DNA of 64,000 bases from Felis catus (Eukaryota): assembly GCF_018350175.1 (NCBI RefSeq), contig NC_058368.1, positions 32,490,001 through 32,554,000 of the forward strand, written 5' to 3'. How positions within the stretch are numbered: the first letter of the stretch is position 1; every line of letters starts with the position of its first letter. Under the pieces are notes generated by a model. That model was not told the DNA's origin. It did not search any database and saw only the letters and a program-made list of their open reading frames with translations. A program made the position numbers and the translations under genes. Of this stretch, positions 39,264 to 53,207 are shown one piece after another.

Positions 39264-39676
39264 TGATGAAATTATGAAGTGGGGCTCATGAGCAAACAGC
39301 AAAGAAAGAATTCTTGAGACGTTTTTGGTGCAAAGAGGTGATTTTGTTATAGCACGGGGGACAGGACCCATGGGCAGAAAGAGCTGCATTGGGGTTGTGG
39401 AGGAGTGACTGATCATATATTTTTAAGTTAGTGAGGTTTAGGGATAGTACAGGTCTGTAAGGAATTTGGAAGCAAGGCTTTCAGAATCCTGCGGGGCTAG
39501 CTACTGTTAAGATAAGGTTACTTTTAGTCTTTAATAAGACAAAAACATTTAGGCACTAAGGCAGCCTTGAGTTCCTTGGGGAAGATCACGCTCTGCGTGT
39601 TCCAAGTGTCTATCAGTGAGCTGCAAGCTGTACGGAGATTTAATTTAAGCTACATTTCTCTCGTCTTGTCATCACA
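39264..39676 (-). mobile_element. Carnivore ERV1-type solo LTR
   Basis: TG...CA ends; cggggacaggacccatgggcagaaagagctgc segment typical of carnivore LTRs. Confidence 0.7.
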
Positions 39677-41269
39677 ATGGACCAATTTTTAATAATATGT
39701 GCTATTTTAATAGTAATCATAACAGTGATAACAATATATTTGTTTGATGTCTATAACACCAAGTATTTGAGAATGACAATACCATACAAAGGGTCTCTGA
39801 TGATTCCACAAGAGTCTAAGCTTTCAAAGTGATAGATACTTTGATTAGGCATCCATATGAATGAGAAAGCATTTATTTATACTAGGATTATAATTTTTCA
39901 ACCCCTATTTAAGATCTATAAACACCATGCAGTATCCTTACTTCATTCTGAGATCATCAAGTTACCCAATGCTTCATTATGAAACTCTTCCTGTATCCTT
40001 TTCAAACTTAAAAAGCGAGCCTAAGTTCTCATTGCCATGACTCACTTTCTGCTCCAGCTGCTATTCAGACTGTCCCCGTTTTCATCCAAACCTCCCTAAA
40101 TAGTCTGAATTCCATATTTTCCCTTTCTCGCCATCTCATTTACCCATCACTGACAGAGATCCGATTTCTGCCTCTTCTGCTAAGATCCCCCAAACTTACT
40201 TTTTGCTAAATCCTTTTCCCATTATCTGGGTGTAATGGTTCTTCTGGTCACTCTCCTCCTCTGGCATCTTAACCTTTGACTTTTCTACAAGTTACCTTCA
40301 ACCAATTAAGAATGAAGAAGGAAGAAGGAAGAACACCAACATCCAACATGTCCTTTATTTGAGGAGGAAGCAAAAAGCTTTAACTCTGCTGTCCACCCAT
40401 CCTTCTCTGCTCCAAATGGTTAATTGTCCTTTATGAATGCCTGGATGAACATGCATATTAACTGACACGTACATTTTAAAGTCAGGAAGCCTGGGCTTAA
40501 ATTCTGGCTCTGCCACTTACTAGTGTGTATTTAAGAAAATATCTGTGTTTCCATTTTTTTCATGTGTAATATGGGTATAGATATGGGGATAAAATAAAGA
40601 TAATTTATCTCGTTTTAGCAGATTTTCTAGCATAGAATTATTTCTGATTCATCAGGTTAGTGGGGAATTCAGATATAATAAATCAAAGAAAACTGAAACA
40701 GTGCTAGGCATACAGGAAGCAGAGTTGCTAAATGCCATGCTGGCATGGCTTTAAAAAATCGAAACGTTTGGAAAGGAAACACGTTGTACCCTGTGGTAAA
40801 TGGCTACAGTGAATGAGTAGTTTGCTTTCAATCCCAGAAGTCTATGGTGTAAATTACAACCATGACAATTAAAATACTTGGGAAAAACGTCTGATATTTG
40901 GAAACTGAGTAACAAGACAAAAAGGAAAACAAGCTGGTATCTGAATAAACATAACCAAAGAGGTTAGTCTAAAATTAACTACCATATATGCTATTTTGCT
41001 TTTTTTTTCCATGTAAGAAGCTAATCCTCAGACACTTCTCCTAGGTCATCAATGCCCCATGAGTTCATGATTCTCACCTACACCACCTCTGCATTTTCAC
41101 AGTTTAGTGTACATGGGGCATCACTAAGCTCTCCAACTCCAACTTCAATGAAGATGTTAAAATAATGATATAACACCATACAATTAAAACACAGTGAAAG
41201 ATGACATAATAAGACTACATTGATATGTATCCCAGGAGATAGAGGAGACCAACATTCCTCTATGAAAAA

Positions 41270-41270
<1 letters not shown>

Positions 41271-41316
<46 letters not shown>
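41271..41316. repeat. (CA)n microsatellite
   Basis: Read directly. Confidence 0.97.
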
Positions 41317-41320
<4 letters not shown>

Positions 41321-41786
41321 CATTATAATTCTAAGGGCTTGATTCTGTAATCTCTCATCTCTGAAAGACAAGATAAATCTCTCCTGCATCTTACCTATAC
41401 AATCTCTTTTTACAAACCTTGATAAACCATCAGGCCTTCATTCTGAGAAATACTGCTCCAGAGTACATTGACTACAGTGTAGCTATTAGCACTTGATTAT
41501 AGGTTTTAGGGATTGTATTTAGAGGCTTCAATATAATATTGATCACACTGCTTTATTTGTCCATGTGTTGAAATATGAATTTGCCTGGGATTCTAGACAG
41601 GGGCATTTTAAATGCTCACATCTTTGGCACTCCATTGCCATTTTCATATAGATTTTCTGTTTGGCAATTTTATGAGAGTTGACTTACTACACAATTAGTG
41701 AAGCCAGTCCCTTTGCTCAAAGGGAATATGGGTTTATAAGAATCTTTTATTGTGTAATTCAAATACTCAACACTTTATATACTTAC

Positions 41787-42502
41787 CATTTGCCTTATTT
41801 CAGTTCTGTGAACTATGTTCTCCATGAAAATAATTCTTGATTTCTATCCACTGATATCAAAAAGATCTAGTTTGCTGATAATAAAAATTAATGCCTTTAA
41901 AACATTCATAATACTAAGTCCATTATTAGCATATCTTAATTATACTAATGATGATGTGATATAAAGGATTAGAGATCCATACCCTGATGGCATGGATGTA
42001 ATTGAGAACAGATTAACTTTATTAACTGTCGGGTAGGTTTATACACCTTGGTTATCTTTAAATGACATTTTGGTGGTGTGATGTTTTTTTTAAACATCCA
42101 ATTTTCCATATATTGGTTTGTTTTAATACTAACATTATTTGCAAATATCTGTCCACAGATATCTTCTTACTTGTAATTGTATATTTCCTTCTGACTGCCG
42201 AGAGTATATCTGCTGAAAATGAAATTACACATGAATGATTTTCTTGACATTGGTTTAGAGATGCAATTCTTCTGTCAATTTTCACAGGAATACTTGGGGA
42301 GTATGCTAGATAATATCTTTCTTTATTTTGAGTTTAAATATTCTTTTTTTACTATAACCCAGCCCAGTGACTGCAATAGAATATCCTTCTGCAGAATGTT
42401 CACTGTCTTCCAACAACTCTCTTACTTGAAAAATAATTCCAGAGATTTTATTTACATTAATCTTGGTAAAGATGACTATAAATATGGTTCAGTGCAAAGT
42501 CA
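41787..42502 (-). pseudogene. Exons 42426-42502, 42171-42212, 41983-42025, 41787-41874: core of START repeat 2
   Basis: Donors gtaaga, gtaaga, gtatgg, gtaagt. The in-phase chain reads DFALNHIYSHLYQD*CK*NLWNYFS|TDILSAVRRKYTIT|INKVNLFSITSMPSG|KLDLFDISG*KSRIIFMENIVHRTEIRQM. Confidence 0.7.
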
Positions 42503-42876
42503 CTAAATAGAATACTGCTGTTTCCTTTTTTGCCTTATGTTCAGGTTTTGGAAAATAGTTCTACAATTAAATAAGTACAAATCCTCTATTTGTCATCACT
42601 TGGCACATTTTTCCCTTTCTGGATTATTTGGGTTTTTTTTAAATCTAGGACAAAAATATTTCATAATATACTCCTTAAAAGAGGGATATATTTTACCATA
42701 GATAAACAGTGACTGAAATACAGCTTTCGCAATCCAAAGTAATTGAAAGGTGATACTTAATCATATACCTACTTCCCTTATTTCATATTTTATTCTGTTT
42801 CCTTGTGTGCTTTGCCATTTCTTCAAAAACCTGAAACTGAAAGTGAAAAAAACTTATTTTAAAAGTATATTCTTTT

Positions 42877-43080
42877 GGGCACCTGAGTGGTTGAGTCAGT
42901 TAAACGTCTAACTTTTGACTTTGGCTCAGGTCATGATCTCACACTTCATGGGTGCAAGCCCCACATTGGGTTCTGCACTGACAGTGTGAAGCCTGCTTGG
43001 GATTCTGTCTCCCTCTCTCTCTGCCCTTCCCTCACTTATTCTCTATCTCTTTCTGAAAATAAATTAAAATAAACTTTAAA
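42877..43080 (+). mobile_element. Can-SINE
   Basis: Head gggcacctgagtggttgagtcagtt; flanking aaaagtatatt duplication. Confidence 0.9.
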
Positions 43081-44999
43081 AAGTATATTATTAGATAAAC
43101 TATGGAGAAAAGACCAGATCATTTCATCCTTTCATTATTCATTGCACTATTCATTTTTAAAGTGGCTATGAAGAGCCTACTTAGTCCAGGGCACTGTTTT
43201 AATATGTATAAAAACATAAAATCAAGTATAATAGTACCATTGTTTCTAAGGAGGGGCCAGTTTTGGAAAATCTAAAATATAACATTTATTATAGTTGTTT
43301 ATAGTGAACAATAAAGTGGGAAGTAGAAAGAAATGAACTTAACCTTCTTTCTACATAATAAAATTCAAGAATGCTCTTGCTATCCATTGATATCCTTATA
43401 CCAACCACCCTATCCCAGGATGACCAGCCACTACTGAGTCCTTAGAATAGTCTAAATTAAGTAGTGTTACTTGACATTCAATTTTTTAACATCAAAATTA
43501 TTTTGGGACTATTTTAACTGATTTTCTATTTCTTCTCTTTGCATAAAGGATGTTTAGTAAACATGTCTGACTTGTGAATGATGTCTGGTAAAATCAAATT
43601 TAAGAGTAAACTTAATTAGATCCACAGATGGTGAAACATAATTGATGATAATATGTCAATATAAACTTGAAATAACTGTTTCTAAAACTGTGTCAACACT
43701 AGGAACAAAATAACAGCATTATCAAGCACTGTACTTAAGTGGTTTGAAGAGTAATGCAGTTAATTTCTAATTTCAGTTCAGATGTCCTAGACACGAGAAA
43801 CTCCTTGGTGTATGTGAGCAGTTTTTCTTCAATAGGATAGGATCTGCTGCAGTAATGAAAGAAAAAAGATAATTTTTCATGTTGATAATATATAAGCTAT
43901 ACTTCTTATGAAAACTATATGGGGCACTACCACCTGAGCAAGGGAGAAGAAAGAGTACATAACCTTTCCTTTGGATGATTTAGTGTCTGCTGTAATGAAA
44001 TAACTTTGATACTGTGATTCTGTGTGCCAGTGGTCACCCCTCATTTGTATATGACAAGATGTGTGTAAGTATGGGAAAAGTACTATTGGATGAAAAATGA
44101 CCAGGCAAAATTTTTAAGGAAAGAAATATCAAGACCATTTTTAAAGTTTTATGTGCAGTGGACTTCGACATCTACTATGAATGAGGACATGGAACTTGGA
44201 AATACAATTAATCAGATTAGGAAAACCACAGCAAGCCACTAAATTACAGAAAAACTACAACAACAGTCCTTTCCAAGAAAAACAGACAATATTTTGCAGT
44301 AAAATAAGTTACTCATTTATATTCACATTTAATTTTAATTATATCAAAGTCAGTTTTGATTATTAAAAGTAATCCTAAATAATCCTTCTAATATAAAATA
44401 ATTTATAATTTACTTCTCAAGTATTGTTTTTTAGTGTGAATTTCAATTAACAATAATGATAACATTAACAACAATAAAAATAATGGCTATCATTTTGGGC
44501 TGTCTTATATATACACACTCTGTAACTTTACATATGCTTATTGGTTAAGGACATTAAAATATGAAATCTAGTTTACTAATTCCTGCACTACAGGTTCCTA
44601 AGTTGAAACTCTGGGATAAATATGTAACTCTTTCAAGGAAACACACAGAAGAAGAGACTATGATTCAAATTCAAATCTGCTTGATGAAAGCCAATGTTTT
44701 TGAAGCATCACATTCCTAGTAATTTAGTAGAAAATCCATGTGTTGCCTGAGTTTGGCACACAATTGTCTAAAAACTGTGGCTATTCATTTAAGTTCATTT
44801 TTTTCAAATGTGCTCTTTCCTTGCTATGTAGCATCATGTACACAATGTATAATTGTATCCCTTCATGTAGATGAGACAGAAACAAAAATTTCATCTTTGT
44901 GTAGTTTATATACTAATACACACACACACACACACACACACACAACATACATAGAAATGGTAATATATAAAGACTCAAATTTAGCATCAATTTCCTCAC

Positions 45000-45047
45000 A
45001 TATTCTTTAAATCACCATGAAAAACCAAAATTAAGTTGGCTGTTGGA
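45000..45047 (-). pseudogene. 48-nt exon of START repeat 2
   Basis: Strong acceptor ttttttccttctcaacag and donor gtgagg. Reads PTANLILVFHGDLKNI, in phase with both neighbours. Confidence 0.7.
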
Positions 45048-46099
45048 CTGTTGAGAAGGAAAAAAATTGGTATGGTATATAATTCTATCCTTGTCTTCCT
45101 AGAAATTATGTTGCACAGGTTACGGATGCTCTGAGAGATTTTTGTTTTTAAATAAAATGTCACTTTTCTTTCTTTCAAGGTACAATGTACCAAATTTGAG
45201 GCATAAAGATGTTGAAGATCTATGCCTAATTATCGTTGTTCCTAATTATCATTCCAAAAGGTAGCTAATGATCCATATGAACAGCAGGAAACCTATGGCT
45301 AACCCTGTTACTCAAAGTTTTGATCCTTCCTCTGTGTTCCGTTTTCCAAACTTCTAGTGCTGTATTTTTCTTATATTCAGTAGCTCTTCCTCCCTCTTCC
45401 TCTCTGTTTTCTCCATGTGAAACTTCAAAATGTGCAACTATTTCATTCATCCACTTTTACCTATTTCCATGGCCTACCATTAGCCTCCTAGGTAACTACA
45501 ATGTTGACAAAAAATATCGATAATTTATTGTCCCACATCAATCTATGTGCCTAAGCCTATAAAGAATAAATCAAACCAAACTATATAAATTTTACATTTT
45601 TGCTGAAATTACTTCATTTTGCATTATCCTTTGGTTACTGGGTTCATATATACATGTTTATGCATATGAAATTCACAAATTCTTGTATTTTAACTGTCTC
45701 TATAGATTGACTCTATAGAGAGTTTGTGAAGTCAAGTTGGATTTTTTTCAAAAACTAAATTGGTTGGTTTATTTATACTGGCATCAGCTTTTTATTAATA
45801 GACTTCACAAACTGGCTCATAACAATTTAATGCATTTGAATAATAGAGTTAAATGTTTCTGAAAGATATAAAAAAGTCTGAATTATTGGAGCTGAGAATG
45901 TTTGAAGGTTCTACAGACATTTGTATCAGGCTCATGTAGAGCAATGGCATGTAGGAGTAGAAACTATGAAAAATATCTACAATTTGTTCTAAATTAAGAG
46001 GCATTATGAGATTAAAGATTATTGACGAGCCCTTAATAAATGGGAGGCTGGGGAAAATGTAAGATAAAGTTAAATATTAAGACATTTAAAAAACTAAAT

Positions 46100-47250
46100 T
46101 AGAAGTGACATCAGCAAGTTGACCAAATAAGATTTCCTTTGCACATAACCCCTTATTAACAACAATAATATGCCATCCATCCATGGAGAAAAGTGTCTTT
46201 GTGGGGGCTTTGGGATCAAAACAGAAGGTTATGAAACCCCTGTACAGGTTCTCACCCAGACAACTGGCTCACTGATCATGATCCTGGTTACAAACCCAGA
46301 CACAGCTCTGCACTCCTGAGAACAGTTATACCCCTGTTTGGCTTTGTGTTTATCACCAGCACCATATATCAAAAGACCTGGAGTAGTCGTGGCCCCATGC
46401 ATATCTGGTACTAGGCATACAGATATTGGTCTTGGCTGTGGACCCTGAATTGGCCCATGAACTGCCTCTAGTTCCTCTCAGCCATGGTCGAGGGCCCCTG
46501 GAGGTGAGTCTGCTAACCTCAGTCAGACTGCAGATTCTGAAAGGGTCCTGACCTTCTCAGATGCAGTCCATGAACAGTCCTGCTAGTATAGGAACCAGGC
46601 AGCAGACACCCCCATCTGTGTTGCCAGAGATCCTGAAGGGACTCTGCACTGGGCATAGGCTCCCTCTCAGCCAAAGTCTTCAAGGGGGCCTTCTGGCATA
46701 GGGACTAGGAAGGAGAAACCTCTGTCTATACCTTTGGAGATTCTGAAAAAGCCCTATCCATAGCTTCAGCTTCCTGACAGCCATAGTTTGCCACTGTACC
46801 AGCGATCCTGAGGGTCCAGATTCCCAGTGGGAGAAAATAGTCTGCACCCCCTAGCAATCCTGAAAGAGACCTATACTAAGCACCAGCCCCCTCTCAGGCT
46901 TGCTGGCATAGAGACCAGGCAGAGGACACTTCTGTCTGTGTCTCAGTGACAGCCACAGAACTGGCTCCAACATTGCACAACTGTGTTTCTGGAGGTCATC
47001 CCATCAGTCCAGGGAACAGTCAGAGAAAGAGGACTTTATCTGCAGAAAACAGTCTTTGGAGACTGGAAGAGGTGTTTGTTCTTTTCAATGCACAGGCACC
47101 AATACAAATCTACCCACACCTTGAAGAATCAGGCAAATATGACAACACCAAAGGGAACTAATACTTGCAACTGATCTCAAAGAAACAAGATCTACAATTT
47201 GATTGACAAAGATTTGAATGTGTTCGTTCAACTAATATTTTTGGAGAACC
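46100..47250 (+). mobile_element. Old L1 5' region (GC-richer UTR with degenerate tandem units) and start of ORF1
   Basis: Repeated ccag..gatcctgaa..gg units, then aatcaggcaaatatgacaacaccaaagggaacta (L1 ORF1 start-like). Confidence 0.65.
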
Positions 47251-47629
47251 CACTATGTGCAGGTAAGGTTTATAGACTATATTCGAAAAATAACAATGCC
47301 TGGTTTTCCCTGCTACCAAGGGCTGGGATGGGCACAGAAGACAATAAAACACAGTGTGAGGAGGAATATATGATTGATCACAGGAAATCACCTAGCCCAG
47401 TCTTGGATGGATTGTGGTAAACTGACATAAAGAACATGATTTCTAAGTTGAGAGCTGAAGAGAAAGTAGGCAAGAGTCTGAATAAGGAAATATTGGCATT
47501 ATTTATATATCAAGGAGGAGAGACAGAAGATTAGAAGTATAGGTGCCTATATGTGCAGATGTAAATTCTTATTCATTCCTTCATTTATTCATTCACTCAT
47601 TAGAATATTGTTGGAAGCTATCAACTTAC

Positions 47630-48002
47630 TATATTCTTAGGGATAGACATTTGACAGTTAAGCATGAATATTCTCTCTGGGAGCATGTTAAGTGAATTAG
47701 ATATTTTGATATAAAACGCTTTAAGAAGTATCTGTCCAATTCTAAGTTATTTCTAATTTTTACACCACACTTCAGCTTGATATTTTGGAAACATTTTGTT
47801 ATATAATCCTTTCTCAGAGATCTCATAACTTTGTGCCTCAACATTGATATATTGGAAGCTATTGTACTTATTTCTTATAATCTCCGCTTGTTTGAGTTGC
47901 TTCTTTCCTTTGTACTTTTTGCATTCTTTCTTGTCCATCATTTGTTTTCTGCCCCTATAGTTCTACACACCTTCAGTGCTGCTGACAACGAGCTTCTTCC
48001 TT
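47630..48002 (-). pseudogene. Exons 47771-48002 (charged linker plus first helix of repeat 2; internal frameshift inferred) and 47630-47676
   Basis: Acceptor ttttttttacaattag. ORF 47753-47941 gives MMDKKECKKYKGKKQLKQAE...SYEISEKGLYNKMFPKYQAE. The next exon reads REYSCLTVKCLSLRIY with donor gtaagt. Confidence 0.6.
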
Positions 48003-48023
48003 CTAATTGTAAAAAAAACAAAC

Positions 48024-48058
<35 letters not shown>

Positions 48059-49569
48059 CACATAAACAAACAAACAAAAAAACCACATACAAAGTGTAAG
48101 TGAACCTATTGGAGAAGGGTAAGAACATAGTTTATGCTCACAAATTCCTTAGAAGTTTTTTTTTTCTTTTCCCCAGAAGACATTTTATTTGGACCTTATC
48201 ATGCCCTTTCCCCTGTATTTCTTGATAGAATATAAGCTGTTTGGGGTCTTACCACATTCTCCTTAATTTAAACGTTCCCTCTTGCCCACAAATATTCAAT
48301 AAAATTCTCCAACGCATTTAACATTTTAACAGTACCTAATAGTTTTGTCATAAACTCTTCATTTTAGGAAAAAAGAATCTCCATTTATTTTTTAACTTTA
48401 ACTCTGAAAATTAATTAAATTAATTTAGTTGAAAATAAATTGAAAACAAAAACAAATCTTCAATTACTATTCTTCCATAGAAACAGAAATTGTGTACCAA
48501 GAGTATCAGCATACATTTTCCAGCTCTGAATAGACAAAAAATGTTCTATTATTGTTGTTACTAATGTTCACTTCTGCACATTTTCTCATATGAAACATGA
48601 CATATTGAATACTGAGAGCTTTGGTATAAGTGATTCCTTGAAAATCTCATGTATTTCTGTAGGTCTTCATAACATTTTAATAGCATTCTATTATCTTCCA
48701 AATAAAAAAATTCATGTGTGTGTAAAACATTTTTCTTGACACTTTAAAGTGAAATGACTTTCTTTACAATTTGAAAGAAAAATGCATATTTAAACAGAAA
48801 CGGATACAGTGAAGGGAGGAGTTTTTGAAGTTCAGATAATTTCCTTCAAAAGAATATAGTACTCTCAAAAAAGATTCTTTAATGTTTAAAAAGAACAAGG
48901 ATATTTATGAGGGTTTTTAGTTTAAAAACTAAATGTTATGACTAAGTATCAGAGGGCTAGTCAAACTACTTTCAAAAATCAGAAGACTACCTCAATTGTT
49001 AAAAAATAAACATTAAGTACTCTTCATTTATATATAAAAATAAATAATATATTAATCTTGCATATTCTTTAAGAATTATTACTTAAGAATAAAAATATAT
49101 AATAGAAAAACTTTGCTATACAAGTACATAAAACCTACATGAATAGGAAAGTAACTTATTATAAGTAGAATCTAATGAAGCCCTAGACTATTAATTAGAC
49201 ATTGTCTATAATGTGATAATAACTTGCTTTGTAATTTCAAAAAATACCATAAATTTCCAAAATATGTTTAAAATCTGTTTAAATTTGAACATATTTTTGT
49301 TGTAAATTTTATATATTTTTACATTACTAAAGAGATCATGTCTTATTCTCATATATAACAAGGTCTAGGCATGCTTTCACATTAATAATCTACAGTATTA
49401 TATGCAATCATATACATATGTTGTTTTTTTCCTCATTTATCTTGTGAAGACAATTTTCCTAGAAACCTCTGACTGTCATTTCTAGAACAAACCAATTGAT
49501 TTCTAAGCTTACTGAAAGACTGCCATAATGAAATTTTATTCTATCTCACTCCTGGTTTATTTTGAAAAT

Positions 49570-52500
49570 TTGAAAAGATCAGTTCATTGAAATACAAATC
49601 ACCTACAATAAAATGCACATATTATCAATGTACAGATTGATGAATTTTGACAAAGCTGTGTAATACCTACCACAATTAATACATTGAAAACTCCCATCCA
49701 CCCTAAAATCTACCTGGAGCCAACTCCCCATTCTTATCCCAGAAAATCACTGATTTGACTATCACAATGGTCACAACACACAGTGTTGTCTATCTTAAAA
49801 AGTGATATGAATTGAATCACATAGTTACTTATAATTGTATAATACTTTAGAGATTATATTGATGTGATATCTATAGTTTAAAAAAATTTAATTCTTGTAT
49901 AGTATTCCATTTTATGTTTATGTCTACGTATGTTTATCTATTCTGGTTTTGAACATTTGAATTATTTTTAATTTGGTGCTGTTAACAGTAAAGCTACAAT
50001 GAAAAATCTTATACATTTTTGTTGACATATATTTTCATTTCTTTTAGGTCAATATCTAGGTGTGCAATTGCTGTGGCATATGGTAAGTGTAGATTTATGT
50101 TTATAAGAAATTGTCAAATGGCTTTCCAAATTGGTTGGACAATTTTAAATTTCCACCAATAATATATTAGCACTCTGGTTTCTGCACAACCTCACATCCT
50201 CTCCAAAACTTAGTGTTGTCCATCTTTTAAAATTTTGGCTTCTAGTGAGTGTGTAGCGGCATCTTATTGTAATTTTAATATGTATTTGCATTATTCTGAT
50301 AACTAAAAATCTGAACAATTTTTCTGGGGATATTAGTTATATGCATGTTTATGTGTGTACATTCATATGTGTGGTGTCTTTAACTTTCTAAATACTTTTG
50401 TTGTGTTTTTCTTCTTATTTACTGACTTATACTTTTTTTTTTAGATGTTCAAGATACAAAATCTTGGTCATATATATTTACTGTGAACACTGTATTCCAG
50501 TGTGGCTTTACTTTCCTTTTTTTAAAATGGAAGTTTTTGAAAAACAATAGTTTTAACTTTAATGAAGTCCATTTATCAATTTTTTCTGCTTTAATTAGTG
50601 AATTTTATTGTTTATATATATGTATATGCATATATATATGTGCATATGTGCATATGTATTTATGTGCATGCATACGTTCTTATTTGTGTTGACCTATACA
50701 CTTTAAAACAACATAAGAATCTACCTCAATTTATGAGTCTATAGAATAAGAAAATTATAGCATTCATTTTTTAGGATTTTTGGCATTACTGAGAAAATTT
50801 GTGTAAAATATTTTGTAAGTGATCCAGTGCATAATAAGCACTAAATAAATATTAGTTATTATAATTGTTAAACCAGTCAAAAATTCTGAGATTAATTCAA
50901 TAAAATTTCTGAGCACAAGAGTTTATAATTAATACTTTATATATTTGTGACAATAACTTGAGTCAATCAACAGATTAATTTGACAACCCAGCCTTGTATC
51001 AGTTCTTATAATAAATCCAACAAGGCATGTGTAATATATATATTCTGAAAGCTAAAGGAGATTGATAAGGAAATGAAAGATGTAAATAAACTAAGAGATA
51101 AACCATCTTCATGAACAGAAGACTCAATGTATTTAATACTCAATATTTTGAAGATGTTAATTTTTTCAAATTGATGTATAGCTTAAATGCTATCACAGTC
51201 AAATTAATTTTGTGAAAAGAAAAACAAAGTTGGAAAAGTTAACACAATAAAAATATTTTTAATGTTTATATATTTTTGAGAGAGACAGAGACAGAATGCG
51301 AGTGGGTTAGGGGCAGAGAGAGAAGGAGACACAGAATCCAAATAGGCTCCAGGCTCTGAGCTGTCAGCACGGAGCCCAATGCGGGGCTTGAACTCACAAG
51401 CTATGAGATTATGATCTGAGCCGAAGTCTGATGCTCAACTGAGTGAGCCACCCAGGCGCCCTGAAAACTTCACATTATGATTTAATACATATAAATTAAG
51501 ACAGTGATTAAGGAAGTTTAATATTAGCATAAAGACAGACATATGGAAAACAGAACAAAAGAAATAGTTCAGAAATACTTTCACACATATAGAATCAATT
51601 GATTTTTTTGAATAAGGTATTAAGGAAAAGCAATTGGGAAAAAGTCTAGTGTTTTCAACAGATGTTACATGAACAACTGAACATCTCACAAGAAAAAATA
51701 ATTGAAATATATTTCATCTTTTACACCAGATTATAGTTAAAAAAATAAGATGAAATAAGTTACATACTTAAATATTATTATCTTTTTAATTCTAAAGTAA
51801 AAAGAAGAGAAAAATCTTTGTGACACTGGGTTATCCAAAGATTTTTTTTAGAACAAAACATAGTACAATAAGTACAAGACTGGGGCACCTGGGTGGCTCA
51901 ATTGGTTAAGCATCTTGCTTCAGCTCAGGTCATGATCTAGTGGTTCATGAGTTCAAGCCCTGTGTTAGGTTCTGTGCTGACAGCTGGAGCCTGGACCCTG
52001 CTTGGGAGTCTGTGGCTCCCTCCTACTCTCTGCCTGTCCCCTGCTCATGTTCTGTTTCTCTCTCTCTCTCTCAAATATAAAAAACAAATAAAAAATAAAT
52101 CAATAAAATAAAAGTTTAAAAAATTAATATGCTGAGCCAAAATTTAAAACTTCTGCTCTTTAAAACCACTGTTGAGAAAATTAAAAGATAAATCACTGAC
52201 AAGATGAACATTTTTCCGAAACATACATCTGATAAAGATCGATAAGCAGAATTTAAAAAGCTCTTACAATTAAATAAGAAAAAAAAACAGTTGATTAAAA
52301 TTGGGCAATATTGGGCAAAAACAGACAATTCACCTAAAAGGAAAGAAAAATAGATATCAAATAAACACATGCAAAGATGGTCAAAATTCTTAGCTATTAG
52401 GTACATAAAACTTTAAACTATAATGAAACATGACTTCATATTTTCTAGAATGCCTAAAATTTATAAAACCAAAGACGAAAACAACAAGCAATATCTGACA

Positions 52501-52830
52501 TATATGTGTTAATAAAAAAAACAGAATCAGTAAAAATTTCACATATTGCTGGTAAAGGATGAAAATGTCACATTTGGGTAAAGTAACGTTTATAGAGACA
52601 AAATCATATCCAGGACTGCCATGGGTCGTGGGTGGGGAGAAGAGATTCACTACAAAGGCACCTGAGGGAGAGAATTTTGTGGAGTGATAAAAATGTTCCA
52701 AATCCCAATTCTGGTGGTGGTTACATAATTGTCAAGATTTGCCAAAACTCATTGAATTTTTACCTTTTAAAGAGTGAAGCTTACTGCATGTAAATTACAC
52801 GCTAGTAAACCTGACTTAAAAAAATGAAAG
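49570..52830. mobile_element. Old L1 fragments (- ~49570-50600; + ~51000-52830) with Can-SINEs at 51255-51462 (-) and 51882-52115 (+)
   Basis: L1 3' UTR/ORF2-like text and two clear SINEs. Confidence 0.78.
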
Positions 52831-53207
52831 GAAAGTAAAAATTTTTTTGACAAACAAAAGTTAAGTTTTGTTTGTCTACAGCAGAGTTGATTCAGCAGAC
52901 ATGATTGCAAATGTATTTCCAACAGAAGGAAACCAATCCCAGCAAGAAGCCGTACTTCCGTGCGAAATGAAATGAAGACCATGATAAAGGTAAATACATT
53001 GATATATATAAATAAATACTGACTATTTAAAGCAAAAAGCTAATTAAAATTTCTTAAGGAAATACTTTAAGGAATCGCTTTAAAAATGTATATGCATAAA
53101 TAAAATTTATGAAAATGGTTACACAAAAAATTTAAAGATCTTAACTTTTAGGATATTTAGAAAAGAAATATTAAGCATAATTATGTCAAAAATTACCATC
53201 ATCTTAC

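Noticed and set aside
23920..42502. Passing similarity of some exons to GREB1, TTC3 or SF2 helicase motif VI (RQMADRMG)
   Set aside because: Short, non-colinear matches; START motifs explain the same exons in the right order.
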